DNA from: Acidobacteriota bacterium | GTDB lineage: Bacteria > Acidobacteriota > Polarisedimenticolia > Gp22-AA2 | Reading direction: 5' to 3' | Length of the DNA: 64,000 nucleotides | NCBI GenBank assembly: GCA_003223135.1 | Contig: QHXX01000018.1 | Location: 65,904-129,903, forward strand | Shown here: positions 47,680-58,000 of the stretch, piece after piece | Layout: each line of letters starts with the position of its first letter | Numbering within the stretch: position 1 is the stretch's first letter | Position numbers and translations under genes: made by a program | The notes under the pieces: model-generated | What the model was told of the DNA's origin: nothing | What the model saw: the letters and a program-made list of their open reading frames with translations, nothing else | Databases searched by the model: none

Positions 47680-49503
47680 ATGGGGAACCTCGACCTGGGG
47701 ATCGTCGGCAATTGCCAATTCAGCGGCCTCATCGACCGCCAAGCGTCGGTCGTTTGGTGCTGCCTGCCCCGTTTCGACGCTTCCCCCGTGTTCGCGTCAC
47801 TGCTCGACGCCGACAAGGGGGGCGCGTTCTCCGTACAGCCGGCACGGTCGTTCACCACGACGCAGGAATACGTGAGGAACACCTGCGTCCTGGTGACGAA
47901 GTTCGAGGTGGAGGACGGCACCGCGTTCGACGTGATCGATTTCGCCCCCCGCTTCTTGAAATTCGACCGTTACTTCAGGCCGCCGTGCCTCGTCCGCATC
48001 CTGAAGCCGACACGGGGGACCCCCCGGGTCGCCGTGCGCTGCGAGCCGACCACCGATTACGGGCGCGCGCGCGCGCAACCGACGACCGGGAGCAACCACA
48101 TCGCATATCTGGGATACGACCAGGAACTGCGGCTCACGTGCGATACCGGGCTCACGCACATCCTCGACAGAACTCCTTTCCTGCTCGATGAGACCCGCTA
48201 CCTCATCCTCACCTACGGCAAGCCCCCCGAGGGGCCTATCAAAATCCTCGCCGAAGAATTCCTGGAGCGGACGATCGCCTATTGGCGCACCTGGTGCAAG
48301 CACTGCACCATCCCCTTCGATTTCCAGGACGAGGTCCTGCGGTCGGCGCTGACGCTCAAGCTCCATATCTTCGAGGACACCGGGGCGGTGATCGCCGCCA
48401 CCACGACGTCGATCCCGGAGGCGCCGGGGAGCGGGCGCACCTGGGATTACCGCTACTGCTGGCTGCGCGACGCCTACTTCGTCATCGGCGCTCTCAACCG
48501 CCTCGGCCATTTCGAGGAGATGGAGAAGTTCATCACCTTTCTGAGAAACATCACGCGGGACACGCCCGACTCGGCCCTCCAGCCGGTGTACGGGATCGGC
48601 GGCGAGCGCGTCCTGGAGGAGCGTGAGATCCCCTGGCTGTCCGGCTTCCTCGGCGAGAAACCCGTCCGGGTCGGGAACAGCGCCTACGCGCACCGCCAGC
48701 ACGACGTGTACGGCGAGCTCGTCCTGAGCGTCCTGCCGTTCTTCTTCGACCGTCGGATCGTGGATTCTGACCCGGAGGGTCACTTCGCGGTCGTGGAGCG
48801 TCTGGTGGGACGGGCGGACGACCTGTTCGCGAAGCCGGACGCGGGAATCTGGGAATTCCGCTCGGAGGAGCGGCTGCACGTTTTTTCCAGCCTGATGTGC
48901 TGGGCGGCGATGCACTATGGGGAGCGGATCGCCCGGCACCTCGGCAAGACGAAGATGGCCGACGTCTGGCGGGGACGCGCCGGACAGATGCGCTCGATCC
49001 TCGATCGGGAGGGGTGGAATGAGTCCCTCGGCTGCTTCGCGATGACCTTCCGCGGGAACCAGCCGGACGCCAGCAATCTCCTGATGGCCATGGTGGATTA
49101 CCTGCAGCCCGACGATCCGCGGCTCGAGAGGATGCTGGCCTATTACGAGAAGACCCTCAAGGAAGGAGACTTCGTCTTCCGCTACCGCTCCCCGGACGAC
49201 TTCGGCCGTCCGAAGACCGCCTTTCTCATTTGTACCTTCTGGTTCATCGAAGCGCTGGTGTTTGCCGGCCGCATCGCCGAAGCGCGCGACATCTTCCGGA
49301 GAGTGATCGCCCGCGCCAACCACCTCGGTCTGCTCTCCGAGGACATCGACCCCGCGACGGGTGAGCTCTGGGGCAATTTCCCGCAGACCTACTCCCACGT
49401 CGGGCTCATCACCTCGGCGAGCCTGTTCGGGCGCGAGGGGAGCGATCCCTTCTATCCCGGGCTGTTTTTGCGCGGGAAAGCGGTCCGTTCGCGGCGCACC
49501 TGA
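47680..49503 (+). CDS. Glycoside hydrolase family 15 (trehalase/glucoamylase-like)
   Basis: PRFD, AATTTSIPE, WDYRYCWLRDA, GIWE, LLSED, GNFPQTYSH. Confidence 0.93.
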   Translation: MGNLDLGIVGNCQFSGLIDRQASVVWCCLPRFDASPVFASLLDADKGGAFSVQPARSFTTTQEYVRNTCVLVTKFEVEDGTAFDVIDFAPRFLKFDRYFRPPCLVRILKPTRGTPRVAVRCEPTTDYGRARAQPTTGSNHIAYLGYDQELRLTCDTGLTHILDRTPFLLDETRYLILTYGKPPEGPIKILAEEFLERTIAYWRTWCKHCTIPFDFQDEVLRSALTLKLHIFEDTGAVIAATTTSIPEAPGSGRTWDYRYCWLRDAYFVIGALNRLGHFEEMEKFITFLRNITRDTPDSALQPVYGIGGERVLEEREIPWLSGFLGEKPVRVGNSAYAHRQHDVYGELVLSVLPFFFDRRIVDSDPEGHFAVVERLVGRADDLFAKPDAGIWEFRSEERLHVFSSLMCWAAMHYGERIARHLGKTKMADVWRGRAGQMRSILDREGWNESLGCFAMTFRGNQPDASNLLMAMVDYLQPDDPRLERMLAYYEKTLKEGDFVFRYRSPDDFGRPKTAFLICTFWFIEALVFAGRIAEARDIFRRVIARANHLGLLSEDIDPATGELWGNFPQTYSHVGLITSASLFGREGSDPFYPGLFLRGKAVRSRRT

Positions 49504-49510
49504 GAGCCGG

Positions 49511-50503
49511 TCAGTCCCGGATGACGTATCGCTCGACCAGCGGGTAAACAAGGTGGTAACCGGGGCTGCGGATGAGCGTCCTCTTGATGTATCCAATGGT
49601 GCGCGGAACGTATTCCAGGTACTCGGAGCGGCCACGCTGGCTGGCCATGTAGCCGAAGGTGCCGAGGTCCTTGAGATTTCGCTGCAGAGCCGCAAGGTCG
49701 AAGTCGCGCCGGAACTCTTCGGGCTCCGCACCGAGAGCGCGGCAGAGACGGTCGAGCATCTCTTCGGCCATCTTCGGGTCCAGGTCGAGCGACGAGTCGC
49801 GAAGAAGCGATGCGGCGTCGTACGTGTAGGGGCCCATGCGGGCGTCCTGGAAATCGATGAGACGGAGGCGGCCGCGCTCGACCATCAGGTTGCGCGATTG
49901 GAAGTCGCGGTGGCAATAGACGCGTGGGAGCCGGTTGCACTCCTCGGCCAGGTCGGCGTAAAAGGCATGCAGCATCGCATCGTCCACGGGGCCCGGGGTC
50001 ATCTGGCGGTGCCCGATGATGAAGTGCCGATGAAAATGATCGAGCTCGAAGAGGAAGCGCTCGCGGTCGAGGGCGCAGGTGGCGGCGAAATCACCCGGTC
50101 GGAGGGCGGCTGCCCCCTTCCTGTGCAGCCGGACGATCAGGTCGCAGGCTTGGCGGTAAAGCCGGGCCGCCTCATCGAGGCGCCGGTCAGACGCCGTGTT
50201 CAACAGATGCTTCTGTAGGGTGGCGTCCCCCAGATCTTCGGTGAGAACCAGGCCATGGGCCGGGTCGGAAGCGAGGATGCGGGGCACCGCGACGCCGATC
50301 GACTCGAGCACCCGGTGATTGCTGAACAGGGGTGCTGCGGAACCGAGCGGCTCGGAATGGATGATCAGGACGGCCGTCTTCGCGCCCGTGGTGACCCGAT
50401 AAAACCTTCTGGTGGAGGCATCGCCGGCAATTTCGTTGAGTTGGACACGGTGACCGAGAGCCTTCTCGAGAAAGGCCAGGACAGGGGCGTCGATCAGGGT
50501 CAT
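49511..50503 (-). CDS. AmgK-like anomeric sugar kinase (APH fold)
   Basis: AGDASTRRFYR, EDLGD, HRDFQSRNLM, IDFQDA, QRNLKDLG.F; paired with a nucleotidyltransferase. Confidence 0.8.
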   Translation of the reverse strand: MTLIDAPVLAFLEKALGHRVQLNEIAGDASTRRFYRVTTGAKTAVLIIHSEPLGSAAPLFSNHRVLESIGVAVPRILASDPAHGLVLTEDLGDATLQKHLLNTASDRRLDEAARLYRQACDLIVRLHRKGAAALRPGDFAATCALDRERFLFELDHFHRHFIIGHRQMTPGPVDDAMLHAFYADLAEECNRLPRVYCHRDFQSRNLMVERGRLRLIDFQDARMGPYTYDAASLLRDSSLDLDPKMAEEMLDRLCRALGAEPEEFRRDFDLAALQRNLKDLGTFGYMASQRGRSEYLEYVPRTIGYIKRTLIRSPGYHLVYPLVERYVIRD

Positions 50504-50573
50504 GGCCTGATCAGGGCCCACGACGACCCGCTCCTTGCGGGCATCCGGCCGTACGGCGGCTTGTTCAGGCTCC

Positions 50574-51668
50574 TCACAGGTTGATCATCCAGCAACTTCC
50601 CAGACGCTCCATCTTATGCTTCTTCCCCTGGTACCCTTCGGCTCGGAGAAAGATTTTGTTCGTCAGGCTGACGGCCGGCGGCACATAGACGCCCGAGGTG
50701 ACGATGCACTCCGACAGCCTGGATCCGTCGCCGATCCGCGCCCCGTCCCAGACGAGCGTCGAACGCAGGGAGCACGCTTTGCCTATGATCACCTGACGCC
50801 CGACGGCGACACCGGCCAGAAAGGCGCTTCCCGGGCCGATGCTCGCGCCGCGGCCCACGAATGCCGGAGGTTCGATCGCGACATCCTTAGGAGTGGCGAC
50901 GCGGTCCAGGTAGATACCCTCCGAGCTCCTCAGAGCCTCGAGTGAAGCATCCTTGCCGGCGCGCAGCACCGCGAGAGCCCCCTCAAGATACAGGCGGGGA
51001 TTGCCCAGCTCCCTCCAGAGGCCGGTGTGGACCTGTCCGCTGATCTTTCTGCCGGCGGCGATCAGCTTGGGATAGATGTCACTGTTGATCTCGGACCTTC
51101 CTGGTGGAATCGAGTCGAAGATTTCCGGTTCAAAAACATGGATGCCGGCGAAGCTGAAGCGCCCGATCCGCGCGTCGGAAGCGCCGGGAGGGTTGCCGGC
51201 GATCCGGATGATGCGATCACGCTCGTCCATCTCGACCGTGCTGTAGTCGGCCTTCGGATCCTGCGGCGTGAGGACCATGGTTGCGAGCGCCCCGGACTCG
51301 GAATGCTTCCTCAGGACCGCAGCGAGGTCGCAGTCGCTGATGCTGTCGCTGTTGACCATGAAGAACGGGCCGGAGCCCTTCAGGAATGATTCTGCCTTCT
51401 TCAGCCCGCCCGCGGTTCCCAGAATGACCGGCTCCTCGGTGTAGTGCACCTTGAGGCCGTGTTTCCGGCCGTCTCCGACCAGGCCCCTGATCGATTCCGG
51501 CTGGTAGTGCAGGTTGATCACGGCCTCCTTCACGCCATGACGGGCCAGGTGCTCGAGGGTATGGGCGATGAGCGGGCGATTGATCAGCGGCAGGGACGGC
51601 TTGGCCCGCTCTTCGGTCAGAGGCCACATCCGTTCGCCGAGACCGGCGGCCAGGACCATCGCCTTCAT
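50574..51668 (-). CDS. Sugar-phosphate nucleotidyltransferase (MurU/GMPP-like) with C-terminal beta-helix
   Basis: MKAMVLAAGLGERMWPLT...KP, INLHY, LGTAGG, NSD, hexapeptide-like C-terminus. Confidence 0.88.
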   Translation of the reverse strand: MKAMVLAAGLGERMWPLTEERAKPSLPLINRPLIAHTLEHLARHGVKEAVINLHYQPESIRGLVGDGRKHGLKVHYTEEPVILGTAGGLKKAESFLKGSGPFFMVNSDSISDCDLAAVLRKHSESGALATMVLTPQDPKADYSTVEMDERDRIIRIAGNPPGASDARIGRFSFAGIHVFEPEIFDSIPPGRSEINSDIYPKLIAAGRKISGQVHTGLWRELGNPRLYLEGALAVLRAGKDASLEALRSSEGIYLDRVATPKDVAIEPPAFVGRGASIGPGSAFLAGVAVGRQVIIGKACSLRSTLVWDGARIGDGSRLSECIVTSGVYVPPAVSLTNKIFLRAEGYQGKKHKMERLGSCWMINL

Positions 51669-51848
51669 GATGCTATTGCGCCATACGTCGGCGGAGCGAC
51701 ATGTCTTGAAAGCCGCTCCGGACGGGCCTGTGGAAAACTCGGGTATGGAGAATTGCGCTGATCAGGCACGGGGTGCTCATGCGATAAAGACAAAACATCA
51801 CCGCAGAGAATGTCCGCCACCATTGATCAAATACCCTATTGGCATGAT

Positions 51849-52406
51849 CTAAGGGGCCTCGAAAAGCATGTCCTTCAGCGGCAGGCCGCGAAGCTTCAGG
51901 TACTCCTGGTAGAGGGCCAGGTAACTCTTGGCGATGTAGTCCGATGCTTTGTAGCCAAGCTGCGTCGCGACCTCGTCGATCAGGGGTTTCGGTCCTTCCA
52001 GCTCGAGGAAAACCCCTATCGGCGTCTCGTCCACCGTGATGATCAGCCCGGAGTAATGGTAGACAGCGCGGTACTTCTGGTAGCGGAACAGCGGACGCAT
52101 TCCGAGCCTGGAAAGAATGGTGGCCATTGTCTCGCCCGAAGAGATGACCACCTCCATCTCGTCCCGGACCTTGGCGCCGCCCTCGACCCGCGGCGCCTCC
52201 TTATAGGTGAGGGTTGACTCCCGTTTCAGGATGCGCACGCGCAGCATCGACTGGTTCATCTTCAGCGAGAAGCTCGGAAAGTCGTAGAGCTGGTTGTCCT
52301 CGAACTCCCTGGAGTGAACTTCCGCAGCCCCGATCTGCCGCAGCAGGGCAGGAACGGTCGCCGGATCCTCGACGCGCAGCTTCACCTCGACTTCGGTCTT
52401 CTTCAT
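51849..52406 (-). CDS. CYTH-domain protein (class IV adenylate cyclase/triphosphatase family)
   Basis: EVEVK, LRVR, LTYK, E.E, KYR, DET.IG.FLELE. Confidence 0.88.
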   Translation of the reverse strand: MKKTEVEVKLRVEDPATVPALLRQIGAAEVHSREFEDNQLYDFPSFSLKMNQSMLRVRILKRESTLTYKEAPRVEGGAKVRDEMEVVISSGETMATILSRLGMRPLFRYQKYRAVYHYSGLIITVDETPIGVFLELEGPKPLIDEVATQLGYKASDYIAKSYLALYQEYLKLRGLPLKDMLFEAP

Positions 52407-52454
52407 CCATGCACCGCCCGGCAAACGCTCGCGTACCTTATCATAGGCATCCTC

Positions 52455-52724
52455 ATGGGAAAGACCACCAAGGCCACCCTGGTGTTCCTGGTCCTGTTCA
52501 TCGGAGGCGTGGTCTACCTCAGCACGCGGATCGCCCGCTCTACGTGCCGAGTCTGCGTGACTTATGACGGACACACGATCTGCCGCACCGCCGCCTCCGG
52601 AACCCGCAAGGCGGCGGTCGAAAGCGCCGTCACCAGCGCCTGCAGCGGTCTGGCCTCGGGAATGACCGAATCGATCAAGTGCGAGAACACGCCCCCCGAC
52701 AGCGTCGAGTGCGCAGAAGATTAG
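52455..52724 (+). CDS. Small membrane-anchored protein with six cysteines
   Basis: N-terminal TM then CRVC...C...C...C...C; fills the gap between two minus-strand genes. Confidence 0.7.
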   Translation: MGKTTKATLVFLVLFIGGVVYLSTRIARSTCRVCVTYDGHTICRTAASGTRKAAVESAVTSACSGLASGMTESIKCENTPPDSVECAED

Positions 52725-52746
52725 CCGGGGGACCCCGGACAGGTTC

Positions 52747-53718
52747 CTAGCGCGCCGTGGCGAGGGAGCGCTGGTCGACGTGCGTCCGGTTGCGGCCGGC
52801 CCCCTTGGCGCGATAGAGGGCGTCGTCGGCGGCCTTGACCAGGTCCTCGGGACGCTGGATCCGGTCGTTCAAGGGGAAGGTCGCCACGCCTGATGACACG
52901 GTGATCCGGATGACCGGCTCGGGGGCATCGGCGCCATGGAAGCGGTGGGCCTCGGTGACCCGACGGATCCGCTCGGCAAGACGCTGGCCGTGCACGGCGC
53001 TGGTCTGGGGAAGCAGGGCGACGAACTCCTCCCCGCCGTAGCGGGCGATGATGTCGGTCTCACGCGACGAGCGCACCATGATCTCGCCGAACTCCCTCAA
53101 GACGTTATCGCCCGCAGGATGGCCGTAGCGGTCGTTGACCTCCTTGAAGTGGTCGATGTCGAACACCGCGAGCGTGAGTCGGTTTGAATAGCGCCGCGCC
53201 CGCTTGAACTCGTCGGTCAGACGCTCGATGAAGTAGCGGTAATTGTAAAGACCGGTCTTCTCGTCGAACTGGATAAGGCGAGCCATCCGCTCGTTGGCCC
53301 GACGCAACTCCTCGTTGGCCTGCTCCAGCGCCCTGAACACCTCGCGCTTCTTCAACATGGTACGGACGCGCGTTTCGACCTCCTCGTACTGGAACGGCTT
53401 CATGATGAGGTCGTCGGCGCCGGTGTCGTCGAAGATCGCGGCGCGCCGCGTGTCCTCGCGGCCGGTGAGGATGATGACGGGGACGGTGGGATCGCCTCTT
53501 TTGAGCTCGCGCGCCACGCTCAGCCCGTCGACTTGGGGCATGACCTTGTCGACCAGGATCAGGTCGGGAGGATCCTGGCGGGCGATGTCCAGCGCCTCGC
53601 GACCGTCCCGCGCGCAGCGTACATAGTAATCCTGGGCCGACAGCCACTCGCGCAGCAGGCCGAGGTTGTCTTCCCTGTCGTCGGCGATCAGGATCTTGTA
53701 ATGGTTGCCGTCGGGCAT
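52747..53718 (-). CDS. REC-GGDEF diguanylate cyclase (WspR/PleD-like)
   Basis: IADD, LVDKVMP, KPF; coiled coil; DIDHFKEVNDRYGH..GD, RETD I-site, GGEEF. Confidence 0.93.
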   Translation of the reverse strand: MPDGNHYKILIADDREDNLGLLREWLSAQDYYVRCARDGREALDIARQDPPDLILVDKVMPQVDGLSVARELKRGDPTVPVIILTGREDTRRAAIFDDTGADDLIMKPFQYEEVETRVRTMLKKREVFRALEQANEELRRANERMARLIQFDEKTGLYNYRYFIERLTDEFKRARRYSNRLTLAVFDIDHFKEVNDRYGHPAGDNVLREFGEIMVRSSRETDIIARYGGEEFVALLPQTSAVHGQRLAERIRRVTEAHRFHGADAPEPVIRITVSSGVATFPLNDRIQRPEDLVKAADDALYRAKGAGRNRTHVDQRSLATAR

Positions 53719-53719
53719 C

Positions 53720-54970
53720 TCAATCCATCTGCTTCCTCAGATATGTCGGCACGTCGAGCTCGTCCTGGAGGGAGGCGTACCCCAGGCTGGCGGAGACCTC
53801 GGCTGTCCGCGCCGGCTGCGGCACGGGCCCGCGGCGCAGGAAGGTCGGCGAGTCGAAGTCGCGCGCCGGACGGGCCGCCACCGCCGCGACGTCGGCCGCA
53901 GCCGGACGCTGGCCGAAGCCGCGCTGGGCCGCCGCGGCGGCCGCGGCGACGTGGGCCTCGGCGGCCTGCTTGCCGTCGCGGTTGAAGCCGGTCGCGATCA
54001 CGGTGATCTTGACGTCTTCCGTCATCGCCTTGTCGATCACCGTCCCGAAGATGATGTTCGCCTCCGGGTCGGCGGTGCGCTGCACCAGGCTCGAGGCCTC
54101 GGCCACCTCGTGCAGGGTCATGTCGGTCCCGCCGGTGATGTTGATCAGGATGCCGCGGGCCCCGTCGATGGTCGCGTCCTCCAGGAGCGGCGAAGAGATG
54201 GCGCGCTGCGCCGCCTCGATGGCGCGGTTGGGCCCCGAGGCCACGCCCGTCCCCATGAGCGCCATTCCCATGCCGCTCATGATCGTCTTGACGTCGGCGA
54301 AATCGAGATTGATCTCTCCCGGAATGGTGATGAGATCCGAGATCCCCTGAACCGCCTGGCGCAGGACGTCGTCCGCGAAGAGAAACGCGGCGCCCAGCGG
54401 CATCGCCTTGTCCACGGAATTGAGAAGCTTCTCGTTGGGAATGCAGATGACCGTGTCGACGGCTTCCTGCAGTTCCCTGAGGCCCTGCTCCGCCTGATCG
54501 CGACGTTTTTTTCCCTCGAAGCCGAACGGCTTGGTGACCACGGCGACGACGAGGGCGCCGAGCTCCGAAGCAAGACTGGCGATGATCGGCACGGCGCCCG
54601 TGCCGGTGCCGCCGCCCAACCCGGAGGTGATGAACACCATGTCGGCCCCCTGAAGGGCCTCGATGATCTTCTCGGAGTCCTCCAGTGCCGCCTGGCGGCC
54701 GATGTCGGGGTTGCTGCCGGCCCCCAGCCCCTTCGTCAGCTTGGCGCCGATCTGGATCTTGAGCGGTGCCCGAGACCCCTTGAGGGCCTGGCAGTCGGTG
54801 TTGGCCACCATGAACTCCACCCCCTGCAGGTTGGTGGAGATCATCCGGTTCACCGCGTTGCTGCCGCCTCCGCCGACGCCAATCACCTTGATGTTGGCGC
54901 CGACCGCCTTGTTCTCGTCGAAGGACAACCTCAACGCGGCCTTCGAGTCCTTCTCTTCCATCAGGATCAT
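53720..54970 (-). CDS. ftsZ: Cell division GTPase FtsZ
   Basis: [28 protein letters not shown]-terminal [11 protein letters not shown]. Confidence 0.98.
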   Translation of the reverse strand: MILMEEKDSKAALRLSFDENKAVGANIKVIGVGGGGSNAVNRMISTNLQGVEFMVANTDCQALKGSRAPLKIQIGAKLTKGLGAGSNPDIGRQAALEDSEKIIEALQGADMVFITSGLGGGTGTGAVPIIASLASELGALVVAVVTKPFGFEGKKRRDQAEQGLRELQEAVDTVICIPNEKLLNSVDKAMPLGAAFLFADDVLRQAVQGISDLITIPGEINLDFADVKTIMSGMGMALMGTGVASGPNRAIEAAQRAISSPLLEDATIDGARGILINITGGTDMTLHEVAEASSLVQRTADPEANIIFGTVIDKAMTEDVKITVIATGFNRDGKQAAEAHVAAAAAAAQRGFGQRPAAADVAAVAARPARDFDSPTFLRRGPVPQPARTAEVSASLGYASLQDELDVPTYLRKQMD

Positions 54971-54981
54971 GCGTGTCTCCT

Positions 54982-56217
54982 CTAAAAGAGTTCGCTCAGC
55001 CAGCCTTTCACCATGTCGCCCATGCGGGCCAGGAGGAAGGGATGGTGCGGTTTCAGCGGCATGCTCTCGCGGCGCCGCGCGCCGTAAAGGGTCAGCCCCA
55101 CGACCGTGCTGTGCTGCGGTGTCGCGGCGGCATCGGCGAGCCCCCCGAGACCGGCGGGCGAGCCCCGGCGCACCGGCACGTTCAGGCAGCGCTCGGCCAT
55201 CTCCTGGATCCCCTCGAGCATCGACCCGCCGCCGGTCAGGACGACACCGGCGTGGAGGGTGCGGTCGAAGGCGCTGCGCACGAACTCCTCGGCGATCAGG
55301 GCGAAGATCTCCTCGACCCGGGGCTGGATGATCTCGCACAGGAGCGTACGCGACAGGACGCGCGGCTTGCGTCCGCCGACCGTCGGCACCTCGATGGTGT
55401 CCTCCTCGCCGACGAGCGAGGCCAGGGCGCAGCCGTGCTTCCGCTTGATCCTCTCGGCTTCAGGAATCGGAGTGCGCAGACCGACGGCGATGTCGTTCGT
55501 GACGTGCTCTCCACCCGTGGGCAGCGCCGCGATGTGCCTGATGGCGCCACGCTCGAAGATGACCAGATCGCTCGTCCCGGCGCCGATGTCGATGAGGGCG
55601 ATCCCCATCTCCTTCTCGTCGGGGCTCAGGACCGCGTCGGCGGCCGCGAGCTGCTCGAGGACGACCTCCTCGACCTCGACGCCGGCGCGGTTGACGCTGT
55701 TGACCAGGTTCTGCGCCGCGGTCACGGAGGCGGTGACGATGTGCACGTTCGCCTGCAGCTTCGAGCCGGTCATGCCGACCGGGTCGTGAATGCCGTCCTG
55801 GTCGTCCACCATGAATTCCTGCGGAAGGACGTGGAAGATCTCGCGCTCCGGCGGGATGTTCACCGCACGCGCCGCGGCCAGGACGCGGTGCACGTCGTCA
55901 CGCGTCACCTCGTGATCGCGCCCGGAGATGGCGACCACGCCGCGGCTGTTCAGGCCCCGCACGTGCGCGCCGGCGACACCGACGAAGGCGCGGTCGGCAG
56001 AGCAGCCGGCCATCAGCTCCGCCTCCTCCACCGCCAGCTTGATCGAGGCGACGCAGGCGTCGAGATTGACCACGACCCCCTTGCGCATGCCACGCGACGG
56101 GGCCGACCCAAAGCCGATGATGTCGATCACGCCTGCGTCCCTGGGCTCGGCGATCAGGACGCACACCTTGGTCTGACCGATGTCGAGTCCCACGATGTGG
56201 GTGCCGGGTCGCGGCAT
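54982..56217 (-). CDS. ftsA: Cell division protein FtsA
   Basis: [35 protein letters not shown], amphipathic C-terminus WLSELF. Confidence 0.97.
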   Translation of the reverse strand: MPRPGTHIVGLDIGQTKVCVLIAEPRDAGVIDIIGFGSAPSRGMRKGVVVNLDACVASIKLAVEEAELMAGCSADRAFVGVAGAHVRGLNSRGVVAISGRDHEVTRDDVHRVLAAARAVNIPPEREIFHVLPQEFMVDDQDGIHDPVGMTGSKLQANVHIVTASVTAAQNLVNSVNRAGVEVEEVVLEQLAAADAVLSPDEKEMGIALIDIGAGTSDLVIFERGAIRHIAALPTGGEHVTNDIAVGLRTPIPEAERIKRKHGCALASLVGEEDTIEVPTVGGRKPRVLSRTLLCEIIQPRVEEIFALIAEEFVRSAFDRTLHAGVVLTGGGSMLEGIQEMAERCLNVPVRRGSPAGLGGLADAAATPQHSTVVGLTLYGARRRESMPLKPHHPFLLARMGDMVKGWLSELF

Positions 56218-56218
56218 C

Positions 56219-57076
56219 TCAGTCTCCCTTCATTCCAACGAGAGGCCGGAACGCGATGCGGTCCCGGAACCTCAGATCGACGTACGCGCCGTCGCCGAAG
56301 TCGGTGGCGAGGTAGCCACGCAGCGTCAGGTAACGATCGAGATTCGTGCCGAAATCGCGCGGGTTGAGGCGCACGGCCGGCCCCCCCCGGTTCATGCGCA
56401 GCTCCAGACGGTCGTCGCGCGACAGGTCGACCTCGGAGATTTCCTTGAGAAGGTCGGGATGCGTCTCCTGCAGGAAGGCGACCAGCGAGACGCCACGCTT
56501 CATCTGCGCCCGCCCGCGCTCGCCATTCCGGTCGTCGATACCGACGAGGATCGGATAGGAATAATCCTGTGTCTGCCGGCCGTTGGGGTCGATGGCCACG
56601 CCCTCGTCATCCACCAGCCAGACGCGGTCGTGCAGCAGCGCCAGCCCCTTCGGCACACGCTCCTCGATGGCGCAGAACACGCCATCCGGCAGGACGCGTT
56701 TCACGACCGCCCGCTTCACCCAACGGCGCGCCTCGAGATCGCCCCCCAGCCGGACCGGGTCGAGCCGGAACAGGTTCCGTCCCACGTAGCGGGCGAGCGA
56801 CCGGCGCAGATCGGGCTGCGGAGCGTAGCGCGTCTCGGAGAACTCGATGCGCCGCAACCGGAAGTACCGCGAGTGCGTCAGGTAGTGCCGCGCGCCCTCG
56901 ACCGTTCCGCCGAGGATGATGGCGCCGCAGAGGGTCGCCAGGAGCACGAGCCCGCCCCGGCGCCGGCGCTTGCGGAGCGCGCCGCTCCGGTGACGGCGCA
57001 GGATGCGCAGAGGTTCGGCGTCACCGCCGGCCCGCGCGGCGTCGATGGGTCCAAAGGCCGGACGCGCGCGCTTCAT
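56219..57076 (-). CDS. ftsQ: Cell division protein FtsQ
   Basis: Single TM, POTRA (WVKRAVVKRVLP), EER.P, YVDLRF; located before ftsA. Confidence 0.88.
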   Translation of the reverse strand: MKRARPAFGPIDAARAGGDAEPLRILRRHRSGALRKRRRRGGLVLLATLCGAIILGGTVEGARHYLTHSRYFRLRRIEFSETRYAPQPDLRRSLARYVGRNLFRLDPVRLGGDLEARRWVKRAVVKRVLPDGVFCAIEERVPKGLALLHDRVWLVDDEGVAIDPNGRQTQDYSYPILVGIDDRNGERGRAQMKRGVSLVAFLQETHPDLLKEISEVDLSRDDRLELRMNRGGPAVRLNPRDFGTNLDRYLTLRGYLATDFGDGAYVDLRFRDRIAFRPLVGMKGD

Positions 57077-57993
57077 CTCCAGACGACCACCTCGGTCTCG
57101 AGCACGATGCCTGTCCTCCTGCCCACCTCGTCGCGCACCCTGTCGATCAGCGCCGCAACCTCGCCATAGTTCGCGCCGCCCCGGTTGACGATGAAATTGG
57201 CGTGCACGTCCGAGACGATCGCCCGGCCGACGGCGAGCCCCTTCAGGCCGCTCTCGTCGATGAGCCGCCCCGCGTGCCCGCCCGGCGGATTCTTGAAGAT
57301 GCAGCCGGCGTTCTTCGCCCCCGTCGGCTGGCTGCCCACGCGGTGGTCGTGATAGACGCGCATCCTTTCCCGGACGAGCGCCGGGTCCTCGGGCCTCAGG
57401 CGCAGGGTCGCGGCGGCCACGAAGCGGTCGCCGACGCCCGGACTCTTGCGGTACTCGAACGTCCCGGGGCCGGCCACGACCTCGTCGACCTGTCCCCGGC
57501 GGGAGATCGCCGTGAACGTGGCGACGGCATGGCCGAACATCCCCTCGTGCCAGCCGGCATTCATCCGCAGAGAGCCGCCGACGCTCCCCGGGATCCCCTC
57601 GGCGAACTCGATCCCGGACAGACCCGCGGACGCCGCACGCTTGACCAGTCGCGGCACCGGATACCCCGCCCCCACGCGCACCGTCTCCTTCTCGATCACG
57701 GGCTCCGCGTCGAGGCCCTGGGAAGAAATCACCACGAACGACGGTCCCTCGTCCGCCACCAGGAGGTTCGAGCCGGCTCCCAGGAAGTCGAACGGCACGG
57801 AGGCGGCGGCCAACCGGCGCATCACCTGCGCCAGGTCCTCGACGCGCTCCGGAACGAGGACGATGCGGGCGGGGCCGCCGACGCCGAGCGAGGTGCGCGC
57901 GCGCAGAGGCACGTCGCGCAGCACGCGGACGGAGGACTCGCCCAGGATCGCCTCCGCCTCCGCCACCCAGTCCTTCGCCGCCACCATCAGCAC
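57073..57993 (-). CDS. murB: UDP-N-acetylenolpyruvoylglucosamine reductase
   Basis: VGGPA, GAGSNLL, GIPGSVGG..RMNAG, QP...AGCIFKNP, HANF. Confidence 0.96.
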   Translation of the reverse strand: MLMVAAKDWVAEAEAILGESSVRVLRDVPLRARTSLGVGGPARIVLVPERVEDLAQVMRRLAAASVPFDFLGAGSNLLVADEGPSFVVISSQGLDAEPVIEKETVRVGAGYPVPRLVKRAASAGLSGIEFAEGIPGSVGGSLRMNAGWHEGMFGHAVATFTAISRRGQVDEVVAGPGTFEYRKSPGVGDRFVAAATLRLRPEDPALVRERMRVYHDHRVGSQPTGAKNAGCIFKNPPGGHAGRLIDESGLKGLAVGRAIVSDVHANFIVNRGGANYGEVAALIDRVRDEVGRRTGIVLETEVVVWR

Positions 57994-58000
57994 CGCCGCC

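Noticed and set aside
52455..52724. Six-Cys protein as a RiPP (ranthipeptide/SCIFF-like) precursor
   Set aside because: It has a TM anchor and no radical-SAM or other maturase gene nearby
56219..57993. Absence of ddl between murB and ftsQ
   Set aside because: Common variation in dcw clusters; ddl may lie elsewhere in the genome
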